A stretch of DNA of 64,000 nucleotides from a virus (lineage: Duplodnaviria > Caudoviricetes). Under the pieces are notes generated by a model. It saw nothing but the letters and a program-made list of their open reading frames with translations. It did not search any database and was not told the origin of the DNA. Position numbers and translations under genes: made by a program. Where the stretch lies: the IMG/VR virus record IMGVR_UViG_3300044842_000203, positions 47,567 to 111,566 of that record; one strand, written 5' to 3'. Within the stretch, counting starts at the first letter, position 1. Every line of letters begins with the position of its first letter. Shown here piece by piece: positions 35,432 to 45,854 of this stretch.

Positions 35432-37416
35432 CCGCGCAGCTGCACCATCAGCCTCCGGAGGTGGGTATTGATGCCCGTGGGCGGCTGATAGCGCGCCACG
35501 TGTACGCCTGGCATGAGGCGATCCGGGACATCCCCGGTGCCCGCTACGCCGGCCAGCAGGCCCGCTACTGGTACATGCCGGCCTCGCCGGAGATCGCGGC
35601 CCGGCTGCTCTCGGTGCTGTCCGAATCGGGTGCTCTGGTTTCGCCACGGGTTGCGGCGCTGGTTGCCGACCATGAGGGCCGGGAGGCGCGCCGGGCGGCG
35701 GCAGCGGACGAGTCAGCGCCGTTGCCGCGCCTGCCGTGGCATGAGTGGCTGCGCACCAACCCGTGGGATCACCAGAAGCGGGGGATCAACTTCATCAAAG
35801 AGTCCTCCGCTGTGGCGATCGGCTCGGGTATGGGTACGGGCAAAAGCCTCATGGTGGTGGGTGGGGCGAACGCGAAACAGGTCCGCAAGCTGCTGATTGT
35901 GGCCCCCGCGAAGGCCGCGGGGGTGTGGCCGCGGGAGTTCCGGCTGCACAGCTCGATCGAGTGGCATGTGGTGAACGGCAACGTGCGCGGCAGGCGGGGC
36001 GCGCTGATTCGGCAGTCTCTGGAGGCCCGCTGGCGGTCCATGGTGGATGCGCTGACCCGTTGTGGTTGCGGGAAACCGCATGCGGTGGTGGTGGGCTATG
36101 AGGCTTTGGCGAAGGATCCGATGGCTTCAGCGGACATGAACGCTTTGGGTATCGAGATGGTGGTGCATGACGAGTGCCATCGGCTGAAGTCCCCGAGTGG
36201 GGGCTCGTCGTGGACGGCGGCGTCGTGGGTGGGGAAGATCCCGAACCGGGTGGGGTTGTCGGGCACGTTGATGCCGCAGTCCCCGGCGGATGTGTACGCC
36301 ATTTACCGCGCCCTGGATCCGGGTATTTTCGGCACGAACTATCAGCTGTTTTGTCAGCGTTACATTGTGATGCGCAAGAATCGGGAGGGCACACGGGAGT
36401 TCCCGGTCGATGTGCTCAAAGAAAAGCGTGTCGAGTTTTCCCGCAAGTTTCATTCGATCTGCTATTTGCCGGTGGTGGATCTGCGCCTGCCGCCGATGAT
36501 TCACAACATTGTGCCGGTGGAGTTTGAGCCGGCCGCGCGGCGCGCCTACGACGATGTGCGCGATAAGGGGATCGCGAATCTGCGTGAGGCGATGGTTGCC
36601 GCGGGCCAGTCGGTGGATCCGGATGCTGATGAGGTGACGGTGGCCCCGGCGAACTCGGGTGTGGAGTTGCTGCGCCTGGCGCAGTTGACGGGTGGGGCAA
36701 CGCGGGATGACGAGAACAACACGGTGATCGTGTCGCATGCGAAGGCTAACGCTCTGGCGGAGTTGCTCAACGATGTGGGCTGCCGTAGGGGCGGCACGGA
36801 TGGCCGGCATCAACCGGAGCCGGTGGTGGTGTTTTGCCGTTTCCGGCATGACTTGGACGCGGTGCGGGGGGTGGCGGAGGCTGCGCAGTTGCGGTATGCG
36901 GAGGTCTCGGGCGCGCGTAAGGATGGCCTGGACGCGGATGCGAAGATGAACCCGGATTGTGATGTGGTGGGGGTGCAGATCGCTTCGGGTGGTGAGGCGG
37001 TTGATTTCACTCGCGCACATATTGTGGTGTGGTGGTCGGTGGGATTTGAGCTGTGGCGTTTTCAGCAGGCGCAGAAGCGGGTGCACCGGCCGGGGCAGAC
37101 TCGCCCGACACTGAATTATTACCTTATTGTGGAGAACACCATTGATGGGATCATTTACGCGTCGCTGAATAAGAAAGAGCGGGTTATTGACACGATTGTG
37201 GCGGCGGCGTATGCGCGGGGTGGGGCGGATGCGGAGCCGTCTACTGAGTCGTTGCCGGGTTTGGACACCGAAGGCGAGCTGATCACTCCGGAGCCGGGGG
37301 TGCCGAGTTGGTTGCTGCCCGAGACGACGGGTTCGCGTAAGCGGGCAACTCCGGAGCGTGATAGAGAGGCTGCGCAGTTGGCGTTGATCGGCATGGAGGG
37401 ACTGGGCGAGTTCTGA
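35428..37416 (+). CDS. SNF2-family helicase
   Basis: GMGTGKS, DECH, LSGTL, QAQKRVHRPGQ. Confidence 0.92.
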   Translation: MTAQLHHQPPEVGIDARGRLIARHVYAWHEAIRDIPGARYAGQQARYWYMPASPEIAARLLSVLSESGALVSPRVAALVADHEGREARRAAAADESAPLPRLPWHEWLRTNPWDHQKRGINFIKESSAVAIGSGMGTGKSLMVVGGANAKQVRKLLIVAPAKAAGVWPREFRLHSSIEWHVVNGNVRGRRGALIRQSLEARWRSMVDALTRCGCGKPHAVVVGYEALAKDPMASADMNALGIEMVVHDECHRLKSPSGGSSWTAASWVGKIPNRVGLSGTLMPQSPADVYAIYRALDPGIFGTNYQLFCQRYIVMRKNREGTREFPVDVLKEKRVEFSRKFHSICYLPVVDLRLPPMIHNIVPVEFEPAARRAYDDVRDKGIANLREAMVAAGQSVDPDADEVTVAPANSGVELLRLAQLTGGATRDDENNTVIVSHAKANALAELLNDVGCRRGGTDGRHQPEPVVVFCRFRHDLDAVRGVAEAAQLRYAEVSGARKDGLDADAKMNPDCDVVGVQIASGGEAVDFTRAHIVVWWSVGFELWRFQQAQKRVHRPGQTRPTLNYYLIVENTIDGIIYASLNKKERVIDTIVAAAYARGGADAEPSTESLPGLDTEGELITPEPGVPSWLLPETTGSRKRATPERDREAAQLALIGMEGLGEF

Positions 37417-37443
37417 CCTGCGCTTATTGTCGTAGGCGTTTGA

Positions 37444-37463
37444 TAGAGTGCGCCGTGTTCCAG
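37444..37463 (+). promoter_or_regulatory. Variant motif promoter TAGAGT-N7-GTTCCAG
   Basis: Intergenic. Confidence 0.7.
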
Positions 37464-37479
37464 GTCGGGAGGAGACACC

Positions 37480-38340
37480 ATGGCGCACTTCATCACGGGC
37501 AAGCTCTGTTTGTTTGACCTCGAAACGGACGCAAAGGACCCGGATGAGGCGCATCTCGTGCAGGCGGCGGCGGTGCACGTGCGCCCCGGTGAGGACCGCA
37601 CCGAACTGGAGTGGATCGCGCGCCCGCGCCGACCAATCCCGGATGAGGCGGCTGGCGTGCACGGCATCACCACGGAGCGCGCGCGGGCCGAGGGGCGCGA
37701 TATTCGCCTGGTGCTTGACGAGATCCTGAGTCGGGGTCTGGCCCCGTGGGGTTCGAACTGCCCACTGATAGGGCATAACATCTCATATGATCTTACTGTT
37801 CTTGATCGGGAGTTGCGGCGCTGCTGCGGCCAGGAGCTGACCTTGCGCGGCCCGGTGATCGACACACTGCTGCTGGACAAGTGCTGTGATCAGTGGCGGC
37901 CGGGTTCGCGGCAGCTCAAAGACACTGCCGCGCATTACGGGTTTGAGCTGGTAGAGGCGCACAGCGCGGCGCCGGATGCGTTGATGGCGGGCCGTATCGC
38001 GTGGCGCATGGCGGTCAAGCAAGACTGGCCCAACGGCAAGTACGGGCCTTCGAAGCTGGAGCGCGAGGCGCGCAAGGCGGTCCGCATGGGGGATGCGGCG
38101 GCGCTGCACGAGTTGCAGATCCGCTGGTATGAGGAAACTCAGCTGGGTTTGGCGGATTACTTCGAGACTCCGAAGGCGATCGAGGCGATCGAGCGCAAGG
38201 TCGCCGATGAGCGCATGACGCGCGAGCAGGGTGATGCGGCGATTGCGGCGTTGCCGGAGGATGCGCGGCGCTGTCGGGAGTCTGCGGTGGGTGGTTGGCC
38301 GGTGCGCCCGCGTCGCGCGGCGCCGGTGGTGGTTGTTTAG
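37480..38340 (+). CDS. DEDDh 3'-5' exonuclease (DnaQ-like)
   Basis: FDLET, GHNISYD, AHSAAPD. Confidence 0.9.
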   Translation: MAHFITGKLCLFDLETDAKDPDEAHLVQAAAVHVRPGEDRTELEWIARPRRPIPDEAAGVHGITTERARAEGRDIRLVLDEILSRGLAPWGSNCPLIGHNISYDLTVLDRELRRCCGQELTLRGPVIDTLLLDKCCDQWRPGSRQLKDTAAHYGFELVEAHSAAPDALMAGRIAWRMAVKQDWPNGKYGPSKLEREARKAVRMGDAAALHELQIRWYEETQLGLADYFETPKAIEAIERKVADERMTREQGDAAIAALPEDARRCRESAVGGWPVRPRRAAPVVVV

Positions 38341-38429
38341 TCTGCACTTCCCTGCGCGCTGCGTGAGGGGCGCCGTACCCTGCGTGAACTCGCGGCAGGA
38401 GCACGTTGCGTGCCCTACCCCGCGGCTGG

Positions 38430-38449
38430 TAGGGTGTGACTCGTTCCGG
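38430..38449 (+). promoter_or_regulatory. Motif promoter TAGGGT-N7-GTTCCGG
   Basis: Intergenic. Confidence 0.8.
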
Positions 38450-38478
38450 CAGTGCCCTGTAGTGAGGAGTGCGATCCC

Positions 38479-39063
38479 ATGGCCGATTTGTCTGTTGCTG
38501 CGCCCGTTGACCCGGTTGCACGCGCCGTCACCGCTATCGAAGCCGTCGAAGCTGTCATCCAGGCCGGGTTGCTGGGATGCAGCGGCGGCAACGTGGTCGA
38601 CGGCGCACTGTTCCGCCGCGTCGATCAACTCGACGCGCTGCGTAAAGAACTCAAGCGGCTCACCGAGCAGGTCGCCGAACTGGTCGCCAAAGGTCAAGAA
38701 GTCCTCGTCGATCAGTACGCGGCCATGGGGATCAGCGAAATCGGTTTCGATGACCGGTTCGGCTCCCTCCAGTCGCAGGTGTGGGCGCGCAAAAAGGATC
38801 CGACCGTGACCACACAGGATGTGGTCGCCGCGCTGGCGGCCGATGGCTTGACGGAATTGATTACCGAGCCGTCCTACAACGCACAAAGCCTGTCCGCATT
38901 CGTGCGGGGATTGGAGGAAGAAGGCAAGCCCATTCCACAGAATCTTGCCGAGGTTATCGAGGCGTATGAGACGTGGAAGGTGAGCTTCACAACGCGCCGG
39001 CCCAACCGGGCGCGCCGCCGGTTGGCGGGGGCTCACAGCGCCGTCCTCGACGGCGAGTCGTAG
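38479..39063 (+). CDS. Phage protein of replication region
   Basis: GAGGAG RBS, coiled N-terminus. Confidence 0.7.
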   Translation: MADLSVAAPVDPVARAVTAIEAVEAVIQAGLLGCSGGNVVDGALFRRVDQLDALRKELKRLTEQVAELVAKGQEVLVDQYAAMGISEIGFDDRFGSLQSQVWARKKDPTVTTQDVVAALAADGLTELITEPSYNAQSLSAFVRGLEEEGKPIPQNLAEVIEAYETWKVSFTTRRPNRARRRLAGAHSAVLDGES

Positions 39064-39186
39064 CCCGCTCGTGCACATGCACCGGGCTAGCGTTGTGGCC
39101 CCCTGCGTGTGCGGCCGGGTGGGTTGTGGTGACCCATCCCGAGTCGGCAGACGGCCACTCGGGGAGAGAACAAGGGAGTGCAACAC

Positions 39187-40161
39187 ATGGCGGGAACCGT
39201 TGCACGGCGCGATGAAGGCGCCGTGGCCACATTCGATTACGACACCTTCCCGGTGCTGGCCGAGGGCGTGGACGCACTGTCTGACGTGCTCGACGCCAAC
39301 GTCGGCGACGAAGGCATCAAGCTCACCGACCTCACGCGGGTGCGTTTCCCCACCGGGGGTGCCACCGCGTGGGAGATCCCAGATGACCTGACTGGTGAGC
39401 CGGAGACCACCCGCACCATCCGCGGCATGCTGGTGCACTGGCAGCCCAGCCGGGTGTACTGGGATCCCCCGGCCGAGGGTGAGCCGGAGACCACCAATGA
39501 GCCACCGATTTGTTCTTCGGTGGATGGCAAGGTCCCGGTGCCCGGTGGGGCGTTCGGTGATGACGGCGAGTACGCGCACCGTAACTTGCCGGTGCTGGTG
39601 GAGGGTCGGGGCAATGTGCGCACGTGCGAACACTGCCCGATGAACCAGTGGGGCTCGCATCCGAAGGAAGGCCGCAAAGGTAAGGCCTGTAAACAGCAGA
39701 TTCTGCTGTTTGTGGTCCGCGAGGGTGAGACGCTGCCGACGATCGTGAGCGTTCCGCCCACGTCGCTGGCCGTGATCCGCGCCACGATGGTGAAGCTGTC
39801 TGCGCGCTACCAGATGCATTTCAGTCAGTTCGTGTTCGATCTCAGCCTGGAGAAGATCACCAAGGGTGAGACGTACTCCAAGCTCGTGATCCGGGTGGCT
39901 GGGCTGCTCGACGGTGCGCGCAAGGGCCGGCAGGGCCCGGTTGAGGACTCCCCGGCCGCTTCGGCGCTGGCGTTCTCGCACGAGTTCGCGAAGATGCTCA
40001 CCCCAGCTGATGTGATCGAGGCAGCGGCCGGTTCGGGTCGCGAGACCAATGGCCATGTGCGCACCGGGGCGTCGGTGGATGACGTGATACCGGGCGGCCT
40101 CGCTGATGACGATGAACTGGGCGGCGACTTCGCCCACCAGGAAGAAGCGGCACTGTCGTGA
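39187..40161 (+). CDS. Putative ssDNA-binding/replication protein
   Basis: CEHCPMNQWGS...GKACK, acidic tail, precedes primase. Confidence 0.6.
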   Translation: MAGTVARRDEGAVATFDYDTFPVLAEGVDALSDVLDANVGDEGIKLTDLTRVRFPTGGATAWEIPDDLTGEPETTRTIRGMLVHWQPSRVYWDPPAEGEPETTNEPPICSSVDGKVPVPGGAFGDDGEYAHRNLPVLVEGRGNVRTCEHCPMNQWGSHPKEGRKGKACKQQILLFVVREGETLPTIVSVPPTSLAVIRATMVKLSARYQMHFSQFVFDLSLEKITKGETYSKLVIRVAGLLDGARKGRQGPVEDSPAASALAFSHEFAKMLTPADVIEAAAGSGRETNGHVRTGASVDDVIPGGLADDDELGGDFAHQEEAALS

Positions 40162-42380
40162 ACCCTGCCGAGCAGGCGCAAACCTTTTTTGGTGCGCTGC
40201 TCGGTGGGACCGGCGAACAGCTGGGCGGGTGTTGGCTCACCATCACCAAGATCTACCCGGCGAAAGACGCGGAACCACGGACGCAGTGGGTGAGGGCTGA
40301 TCCTGACTCACTTGCGACCGTGGTGACGCGCACCGTGGGGGATGCCGACGCATCGGGGATCTACGTCGGCCTGGGACTGACCGACAACCGGCAATCCGAC
40401 CCCAAGGTGGGCCGGTTACGCGCCGCGCACGTCACGGGTTTGGCCTTCCTATCCCTCGACATTGACATCGCTGGCGATGGCCACGAGTCGGGCAAGCCCT
40501 ACGTGCCCGATCTGGCCACCGCGCTGGCGCTGGCCTACGACTTGGGTCTTGAGCCGACCGTGGTGATTCACACGGGGCACGGGATTCAGGCGTTCTACCG
40601 GCTGGCCCAGCCGTGGGTGTTCGGCGCGGTCGACGAGGACGACGACGGTGCCCCGGTTATCGACGACTCCAAGGTTGAGGCGGAGCGTAGGCGCGCGGCT
40701 GATCTGGTGTGGTCGTTCGTGACCAGCGTGCGGATCCGGGCGAAACAAAAAGGTGGTTGGGCGGTCGACCCGACGGGGGATCTGGCTCGACTAGTGCGCA
40801 TCCCCGGCACCCGCAACCGCAAGGTCGCTGGCGAAGACTTGCCGGTGGAGATCCTGGAGTGCGACCCGAATCGCCGCTACGACATTGAGCAGATCGAGGC
40901 GGTGCTGGCACCGTGTTCCCTGCTGGACCCCTACCGGTCTTCGCATGAGGCGAAGGGCTCCCTGGCGGGCGCTGACCTGGCGGGTTTGTGGGCGCAGGTG
41001 CAGGCCGCGCAGCATCAGGGGTGGATGCCGGATTGGCTGCTCGCGGTGATCGAGTCGGGCTGGGATGACGCCCTGTGCCGCGTCTGGTCGGGTGCGGATG
41101 ACAAGCGGTACCGCAATGACGATTCGGCTATTGATCAAGCGTTGGCGGCGGCGATCCTGCGTTTGGAGTTGGGCGCGGAGGCGGCGGCGCAGGCCATCAT
41201 GGCGCGGCGCTGCCGGATCGGGCGGAAGGTGGAGAAGGCCGACCCGGCGGAGCGGGGCGGCTACTACCTGGACTTGACGATCTCGAAGGTGGCGGCGCGG
41301 ATCGCGGCCCGGCAGGAGTCGGGGCGTTCCGCGGAGCAGGTCATTGACGAGGTGATGGCGACTGCGCCAGAGGATGATCCCCCCCTGGACGTCAGCAGCC
41401 AGCCACCTACAGCGCCAGCTGTAGCTGACGAGCCAACCCCCAGCGATAGCGCTGTTTCGTTGGAAGTTGCGCCCGAGCCGACGCCTCACCCTCAACCTGA
41501 GGTTGAGACTGAGGCCCCGTCGGCGCCGGTCACGCCGCTGCGCCGGCCCGAGCCCGAAGACGAAGGTCCTCCTCCGGAGGTGCAGCACGCGGACGCGCCG
41601 AAGGCGCCCCGGTTGGGCCTGGACCCGTCCACCCCCGGCGGCCCGGATGCCACGGAGAAAAGCGTCGGCACGCAGCTGGCCGCGCAGCTGGGCCTGCCGG
41701 AGGGGGTGGCGATCTGGGCGGTTCAGGAGCGGCGTATGGCCGCTGTTGACGAGATCCGGGTGTGGATGGTGCGCAACGCCCGCGCTGAGGTGCACGGCAA
41801 CAAACGGTGGCGCCCGAACACGGTGCGCCCGACCCGCTGGCGCCCGAAGGGCGAATGGGGCGACTCCAACGCGGTGCGCGAGCTTTACCTGCATGACCTG
41901 GGGCTGGTGGTGGACCCGGCGCGCGGCCGGGCGTGGCGTAACGATGGTTTTCTGCGGCTGCTGGAGTTGGCTCGCTGGTGCGATGAGGGCACCCCGGCGG
42001 AGCAGGTGCGCCTGGCGGTGGTGGGGATGCTGCGCCGCGCGGAGGGCACGAGCGTGTTCACCACGGCGCGGTCGAGTCGTGATCCGTGGCTGTCGGATGG
42101 GCACGTGTGGGTGCCGCTGGATTCGGTGCGCACGGCTATCGCGCAGGCCGGTTTCGGGGTGCCGAAGGCGTCTCCGTTGATGGACATCCTTGACGAGATG
42201 GGCTGCAAGGTGCAGTCGGGGATGCGGGTGGTCGAGGCGCATCAGGTGGCGGATGACGAGACGCCGTGGGTGCTGCTCAACGATGAGTTGATCACGCCGG
42301 AGTTGGCGGAGCACGTGCGGTTGCGGGCCACGGATCGGGACGCGGCGGATGCCCGTTCGGGTTTGCGGAGAATCCAGTGA
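40158..42380 (+). CDS. RepB-like AEP primase
   Basis: LDID, HTGHGIQAFY, RLVRIPGTRNRK, helical bundle DDSAID. Confidence 0.8.
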   Translation: MNPAEQAQTFFGALLGGTGEQLGGCWLTITKIYPAKDAEPRTQWVRADPDSLATVVTRTVGDADASGIYVGLGLTDNRQSDPKVGRLRAAHVTGLAFLSLDIDIAGDGHESGKPYVPDLATALALAYDLGLEPTVVIHTGHGIQAFYRLAQPWVFGAVDEDDDGAPVIDDSKVEAERRRAADLVWSFVTSVRIRAKQKGGWAVDPTGDLARLVRIPGTRNRKVAGEDLPVEILECDPNRRYDIEQIEAVLAPCSLLDPYRSSHEAKGSLAGADLAGLWAQVQAAQHQGWMPDWLLAVIESGWDDALCRVWSGADDKRYRNDDSAIDQALAAAILRLELGAEAAAQAIMARRCRIGRKVEKADPAERGGYYLDLTISKVAARIAARQESGRSAEQVIDEVMATAPEDDPPLDVSSQPPTAPAVADEPTPSDSAVSLEVAPEPTPHPQPEVETEAPSAPVTPLRRPEPEDEGPPPEVQHADAPKAPRLGLDPSTPGGPDATEKSVGTQLAAQLGLPEGVAIWAVQERRMAAVDEIRVWMVRNARAEVHGNKRWRPNTVRPTRWRPKGEWGDSNAVRELYLHDLGLVVDPARGRAWRNDGFLRLLELARWCDEGTPAEQVRLAVVGMLRRAEGTSVFTTARSSRDPWLSDGHVWVPLDSVRTAIAQAGFGVPKASPLMDILDEMGCKVQSGMRVVEAHQVADDETPWVLLNDELITPELAEHVRLRATDRDAADARSGLRRIQ

Positions 42381-42712
42381 GCGCGCTGGCGCCGTGCACG
42401 CCGGCTGGGTGTTTGGTGTGCCGGTATCCGGTGGCGACCGCGCATGCACGTTGGGGCCCGATTCATGCATCGTGCCTGGACAAAAGCGCCGACATCGTGG
42501 AGTGGTTGTCGGTGCTGGTGGCGGGCCGGCTGGGTGGGTGTGTGGCGTGTCGGGGCTCGTCGATGTGGCATCACCCGGTGCATGGCCCGCTGCATCCGGC
42601 GTGTGTGCGTCGGGCGATGACGTTGCTGGATGACGGGGGTCAGGCGCCGACTGCGGTGCCGGTGGGGGGTCCGAAGCGGGGTGCCTACGCCCGCCGTGCC
42701 ATGGTAGGCTAG
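42377..42712 (+). CDS. Tandem Zn-binding repeat protein
   Basis: Two CxxC...GP(I/L)HxxC units. Confidence 0.6.
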   Translation: MSALAPCTPAGCLVCRYPVATAHARWGPIHASCLDKSADIVEWLSVLVAGRLGGCVACRGSSMWHHPVHGPLHPACVRRAMTLLDDGGQAPTAVPVGGPKRGAYARRAMVG

Positions 42713-42724
42713 TCTCCGTTCCGG
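42705..42724 (+). promoter_or_regulatory. Motif promoter TAGGCT-N7-GTTCCGG
   Basis: Upstream of AGGAG-ATG 42746. Confidence 0.8.
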
Positions 42725-42745
42725 CATTTCGAGGCAGGAGACCAC

Positions 42746-43036
42746 ATGCCTACCAGGCGGGACATCCGCGTAGCCAAGAAGCGGCTGCTCGTCGAGCTGG
42801 TCGAGGAGCTGGAGGATCGCGAGCAGTACGAAACCGGGGCCGGTGTCGAGGCCACACATCAGCTGGTCGCCGAGTTCCGCGCTCGCGCCGGCATCGCGCT
42901 GCCCGAACCTGCCCCCGGCCAGGAGCCGCTACCCGGTATCGGGTTGTGGCAAATCGACTTCCCCGAAGGCTTCCGCAACGGCCAGCCGGCCGTGGTGACC
43001 GAGTTCCGGCCAACCTGGAGGACTGATGAACACTGA
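42746..43036 (+). CDS. Hypothetical protein
   Basis: AGGAG RBS. Confidence 0.65.
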   Translation: MPTRRDIRVAKKRLLVELVEELEDREQYETGAGVEATHQLVAEFRARAGIALPEPAPGQEPLPGIGLWQIDFPEGFRNGQPAVVTEFRPTWRTDEH

Positions 43037-43451
43037 CGAGCTGAACATGCAGATACAACAGCTGCGCAGGGCCGTGCCGGCTTTAGAGTTCCCGCCCCCC
43101 GACTGCCAGTTTTGCGGTGAGCCAACCAACCCGGTCGACGACTGTTTTGACTGCGAGAACTGCGGCCTAACCTGGGACCGAGAGGGCAGGTTCCTGGAGC
43201 CGATCAACAGGGATGTGCCGCGCTGCGGCGCTGAAATCAAGCCCTGGGCTGATAACCCGAAGTACGCGGTTATTCAGGGACACACCTACTGCTGCGTGCT
43301 CGATGCGGGCCACGGTGAGGGCGAGCACCCGCGGATGACTCATCGCGGCTACCGGGTGGACAAGGACTACACCCTCGACGACACGCACTCGTGGCCCGTG
43401 GATCCAAACAATCCCCGCTACCCAGAGCTAGAAGTGGTGGTGAAGTCGTGA
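43026..43451 (+). CDS. Zn-ribbon hypothetical protein
   Basis: CQFC...CENC. Confidence 0.7.
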   Translation: MNTDELNMQIQQLRRAVPALEFPPPDCQFCGEPTNPVDDCFDCENCGLTWDREGRFLEPINRDVPRCGAEIKPWADNPKYAVIQGHTYCCVLDAGHGEGEHPRMTHRGYRVDKDYTLDDTHSWPVDPNNPRYPELEVVVKS

Positions 43452-43630
43452 GCCACTCCGTGACTTGGAAAGTCACGCTGCGCACTGAGGAGGAGCTGAC
43501 TGCCACGGTGACCGCGGATGTGGACGCTGATGAGGAAACACTGCGCGAGCTGGCACTCCAGCAAGCCGATGACGGCGAGGTGACCTGGGAAACCGTCTAC
43601 GCGGAGACCTCGGCGGTGATGGTCGAATGA
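43448..43630 (+). CDS. Small acidic protein
   Basis: Coupled at both ends. Confidence 0.6.
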   Translation: MSHSVTWKVTLRTEEELTATVTADVDADEETLRELALQQADDGEVTWETVYAETSAVMVE

Positions 43631-44406
43631 CCGCCACTATCACCCGCCGCTGGACCTACTCGGCCGCGCTCGCTTACGTCACCTGTCCACATCAGTGGTG
43701 GCTGACCCGAGTCGCCAACACTCCCCGCGCCCCGGCCGAGCCCGAGGCGTTCCGCGGGATGCTCATGCACGCTGGCCTGGCGGCTGGCTGGCCCGAGGCG
43801 CATCGCCTGATTCAGGCCGGCGTGGACCCCGCCATGGTGGAGCTATCCGCCGACGACGCCCTGATCGACGCCATGGAGCAAGAGGCAACCCGACTCAACG
43901 TTCCGGTCACCCCCGAGATGGTGGACACCGCTTGCCGGGCCTTGCATTACTGCGGCCCCCAACCTGGTGATGAACTGATCGGTACGGAGTTGGATCTCGA
44001 CATCCGCGTCGACGGGGTGCCAGTTGGTTACCGCGCCGATCTGATTTACCGCCGGGACGGGGCGCACGTGGTGCGCGACTGGAAGTCCCGCACCACCCTG
44101 CCCAAGACTCGCGACCTGCCGCGGGACTGGCAGCTGGGGGTGGGCGCACTTGCGGTGGCCCGCACCTACGGTACGACGAACGTGCTCGTCGAGATGGCGT
44201 CCATCAACGGTGCTACTTCCGTGTGCACCCCGATCGGCCGTGATCAGGCCCGCCGGCACGGTCAGCTGGTGGCCGAGGTGGCCCATAAAGCGGAGGCCGA
44301 TACCGAGCATGCGCCGAAGCCTGGCAAAGCATGCGGTGCTTGTCCGGTGCGCGGCGCCTGTTTCGTGCACAACCCAGTTCCGGCTATACAGGAGGCAATC
44401 TCATGA
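43627..44406 (+). CDS. RecB/Cas4-like PD-(D/E)XK nuclease
   Basis: CP near N-terminus, RADL, DWKS, CGACPVRGAC. Confidence 0.85.
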   Translation: MTATITRRWTYSAALAYVTCPHQWWLTRVANTPRAPAEPEAFRGMLMHAGLAAGWPEAHRLIQAGVDPAMVELSADDALIDAMEQEATRLNVPVTPEMVDTACRALHYCGPQPGDELIGTELDLDIRVDGVPVGYRADLIYRRDGAHVVRDWKSRTTLPKTRDLPRDWQLGVGALAVARTYGTTNVLVEMASINGATSVCTPIGRDQARRHGQLVAEVAHKAEADTEHAPKPGKACGACPVRGACFVHNPVPAIQEAIS

Positions 44407-44912
44407 TTTTCGTCGATGACGTAGCGATTCAGGCTGACGTGCACAACGCTGAGGTGGGCATCACCCACCGATCACGCTGGTATCACCTGATCTCTGATCG
44501 GCTCGATCCCGAGGAGTTGCATAAGTTTGCTACGGAATCACTCAAACTGCGCCGCTCCTACTTCCAGCCGGGTCGCGATCTTATGAGCCGGGAGCACGAT
44601 CCGGCGCACGACCACTATGACCTGACCGAAGGCAAGCGCAAGCTAGCTATTCAGAAGGGCGCGATTCCGATCAGCACCGTTGATCTGGGGTCGATTATTC
44701 GGCTCAAGCGCGAAGCACTCCGGTTTCCGCAATGCGGCTACGCCCTTGTTCAGAATCGCAGTGATGGGTGGGTTTGTGGCTTGGAATGGGGCCAGGAAGC
44801 TGAGGATTCTCCGATGGTCGGGGCAGCGGCCTATGGGGTGGGCGAAACCATTCACGAGGCGATCACCGCTGCCCTGCGTGAATCGTCACCGGTAGGAGGC
44901 TCCCATGCTTGA
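44403..44912 (+). CDS. DUF4031-domain protein
   Basis: IFVDD, WYHLISD, EELHKFA, HYDLT. Confidence 0.8.
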   Translation: MIFVDDVAIQADVHNAEVGITHRSRWYHLISDRLDPEELHKFATESLKLRRSYFQPGRDLMSREHDPAHDHYDLTEGKRKLAIQKGAIPISTVDLGSIIRLKREALRFPQCGYALVQNRSDGWVCGLEWGQEAEDSPMVGAAAYGVGETIHEAITAALRESSPVGGSHA

Positions 44913-45435
44913 TCTCGATGTGGCCGCGGCGGAGATTTGCTCCAACGTCGGCAAAGCCTTCCCCGATCAGCTCGATCATCGCGGCGAGATGATCCTGCGT
45001 CAGCTGCTCGCGCTGGCTGAGGAAGCCACCGAACTCGACGAGGCACTAGAGCTTCACCACGTCCTGGGCACCATCCCCATGCACGATCACCTCGGTGAGG
45101 AGATTGTCGACACGATCCTCACCGCGCACATGGTGGCGTTCTATGTGCAGCGGCCACTGTCGCTTGTTGTTGAAAAGCTGGAAGCCGAGGGCATGGAGAT
45201 CACCGAGGCGCCCTATCGGGTTGCCGGTAGGGCGGTGAAAGCCGGCCGGCGTTTCCTGGGCATCGCCCGACGCACCGGAGATGAAGCCACCCTGTACCGG
45301 GAACTGGCCGCGCTCGTGCTCGCCTGCAAACACGTGGCGCGGCGCGAGTTCGTCCTACTCGACCAGGCCGTGGCCGCGAAACTCCAAGTGATCTTTTCCC
45401 GCGGCTGGAAGGAGAGCGCGCCGTGTGCCGGGTAG
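44905..45435 (+). CDS. MazG-like NTP pyrophosphatase
   Basis: LAEEATEL...EEIVD. Confidence 0.6.
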   Translation: MLDLDVAAAEICSNVGKAFPDQLDHRGEMILRQLLALAEEATELDEALELHHVLGTIPMHDHLGEEIVDTILTAHMVAFYVQRPLSLVVEKLEAEGMEITEAPYRVAGRAVKAGRRFLGIARRTGDEATLYRELAALVLACKHVARREFVLLDQAVAAKLQVIFSRGWKESAPCAG

Positions 45436-45854
45436 AAGACTGCGACCCTTGGGCGGTTTACCGCGAAACTACGCGCACCGCCCGTAAACCACACCTGTGC
45501 TTCGAGTGCGGGCGCATCATCGCCAAAGGCGAACGCTACCGCTACGCCACGGGGAAACACCCAGACAATCCGCGCGGCGGCTGGGACGAGTTCAAACTTT
45601 GCGTCCACTGCAACGCCGCCGCGCAATGGCTGATCGTCATGTGCAACGGCTATCTGTTCGGCGGTATCGGCGAAGAGTTGCGCGAACACTGGGACGAGGA
45701 GTGGCGGCTACGCAGTGTCGGACTTGCCCGATTGATCATCGGCATTGACAACCGCTGGCGGCGCAGCAAGTACGCCACCGGCCTCATCGAAGTGCCCGAC
45801 TGGGCCGGCGACTGCGCCCGCGAAACCCTGAAACGAAACAAGGTCGCCGCATGA
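45423..45854 (+). CDS. Zn-binding phage protein
   Basis: TARKPHLCFECGRII...CVHC. Confidence 0.7.
   Translation: MCRVEDCDPWAVYRETTRTARKPHLCFECGRIIAKGERYRYATGKHPDNPRGGWDEFKLCVHCNAAAQWLIVMCNGYLFGGIGEELREHWDEEWRLRSVGLARLIIGIDNRWRRSKYATGLIEVPDWAGDCARETLKRNKVAA

Noticed and set aside
37783-40137. 784-aa minus-strand ORF, and similar long antisense ORFs (36127-37776, 40791-42470, 21775-23034, 54275-55315)
   Set aside because: Shadow frames of real genes in high-GC DNA; no motifs
43627-44406. Cas4-like gene as a sign of CRISPR
   Set aside because: No array or other cas genes; solo Cas4-like nucleases are common in phages
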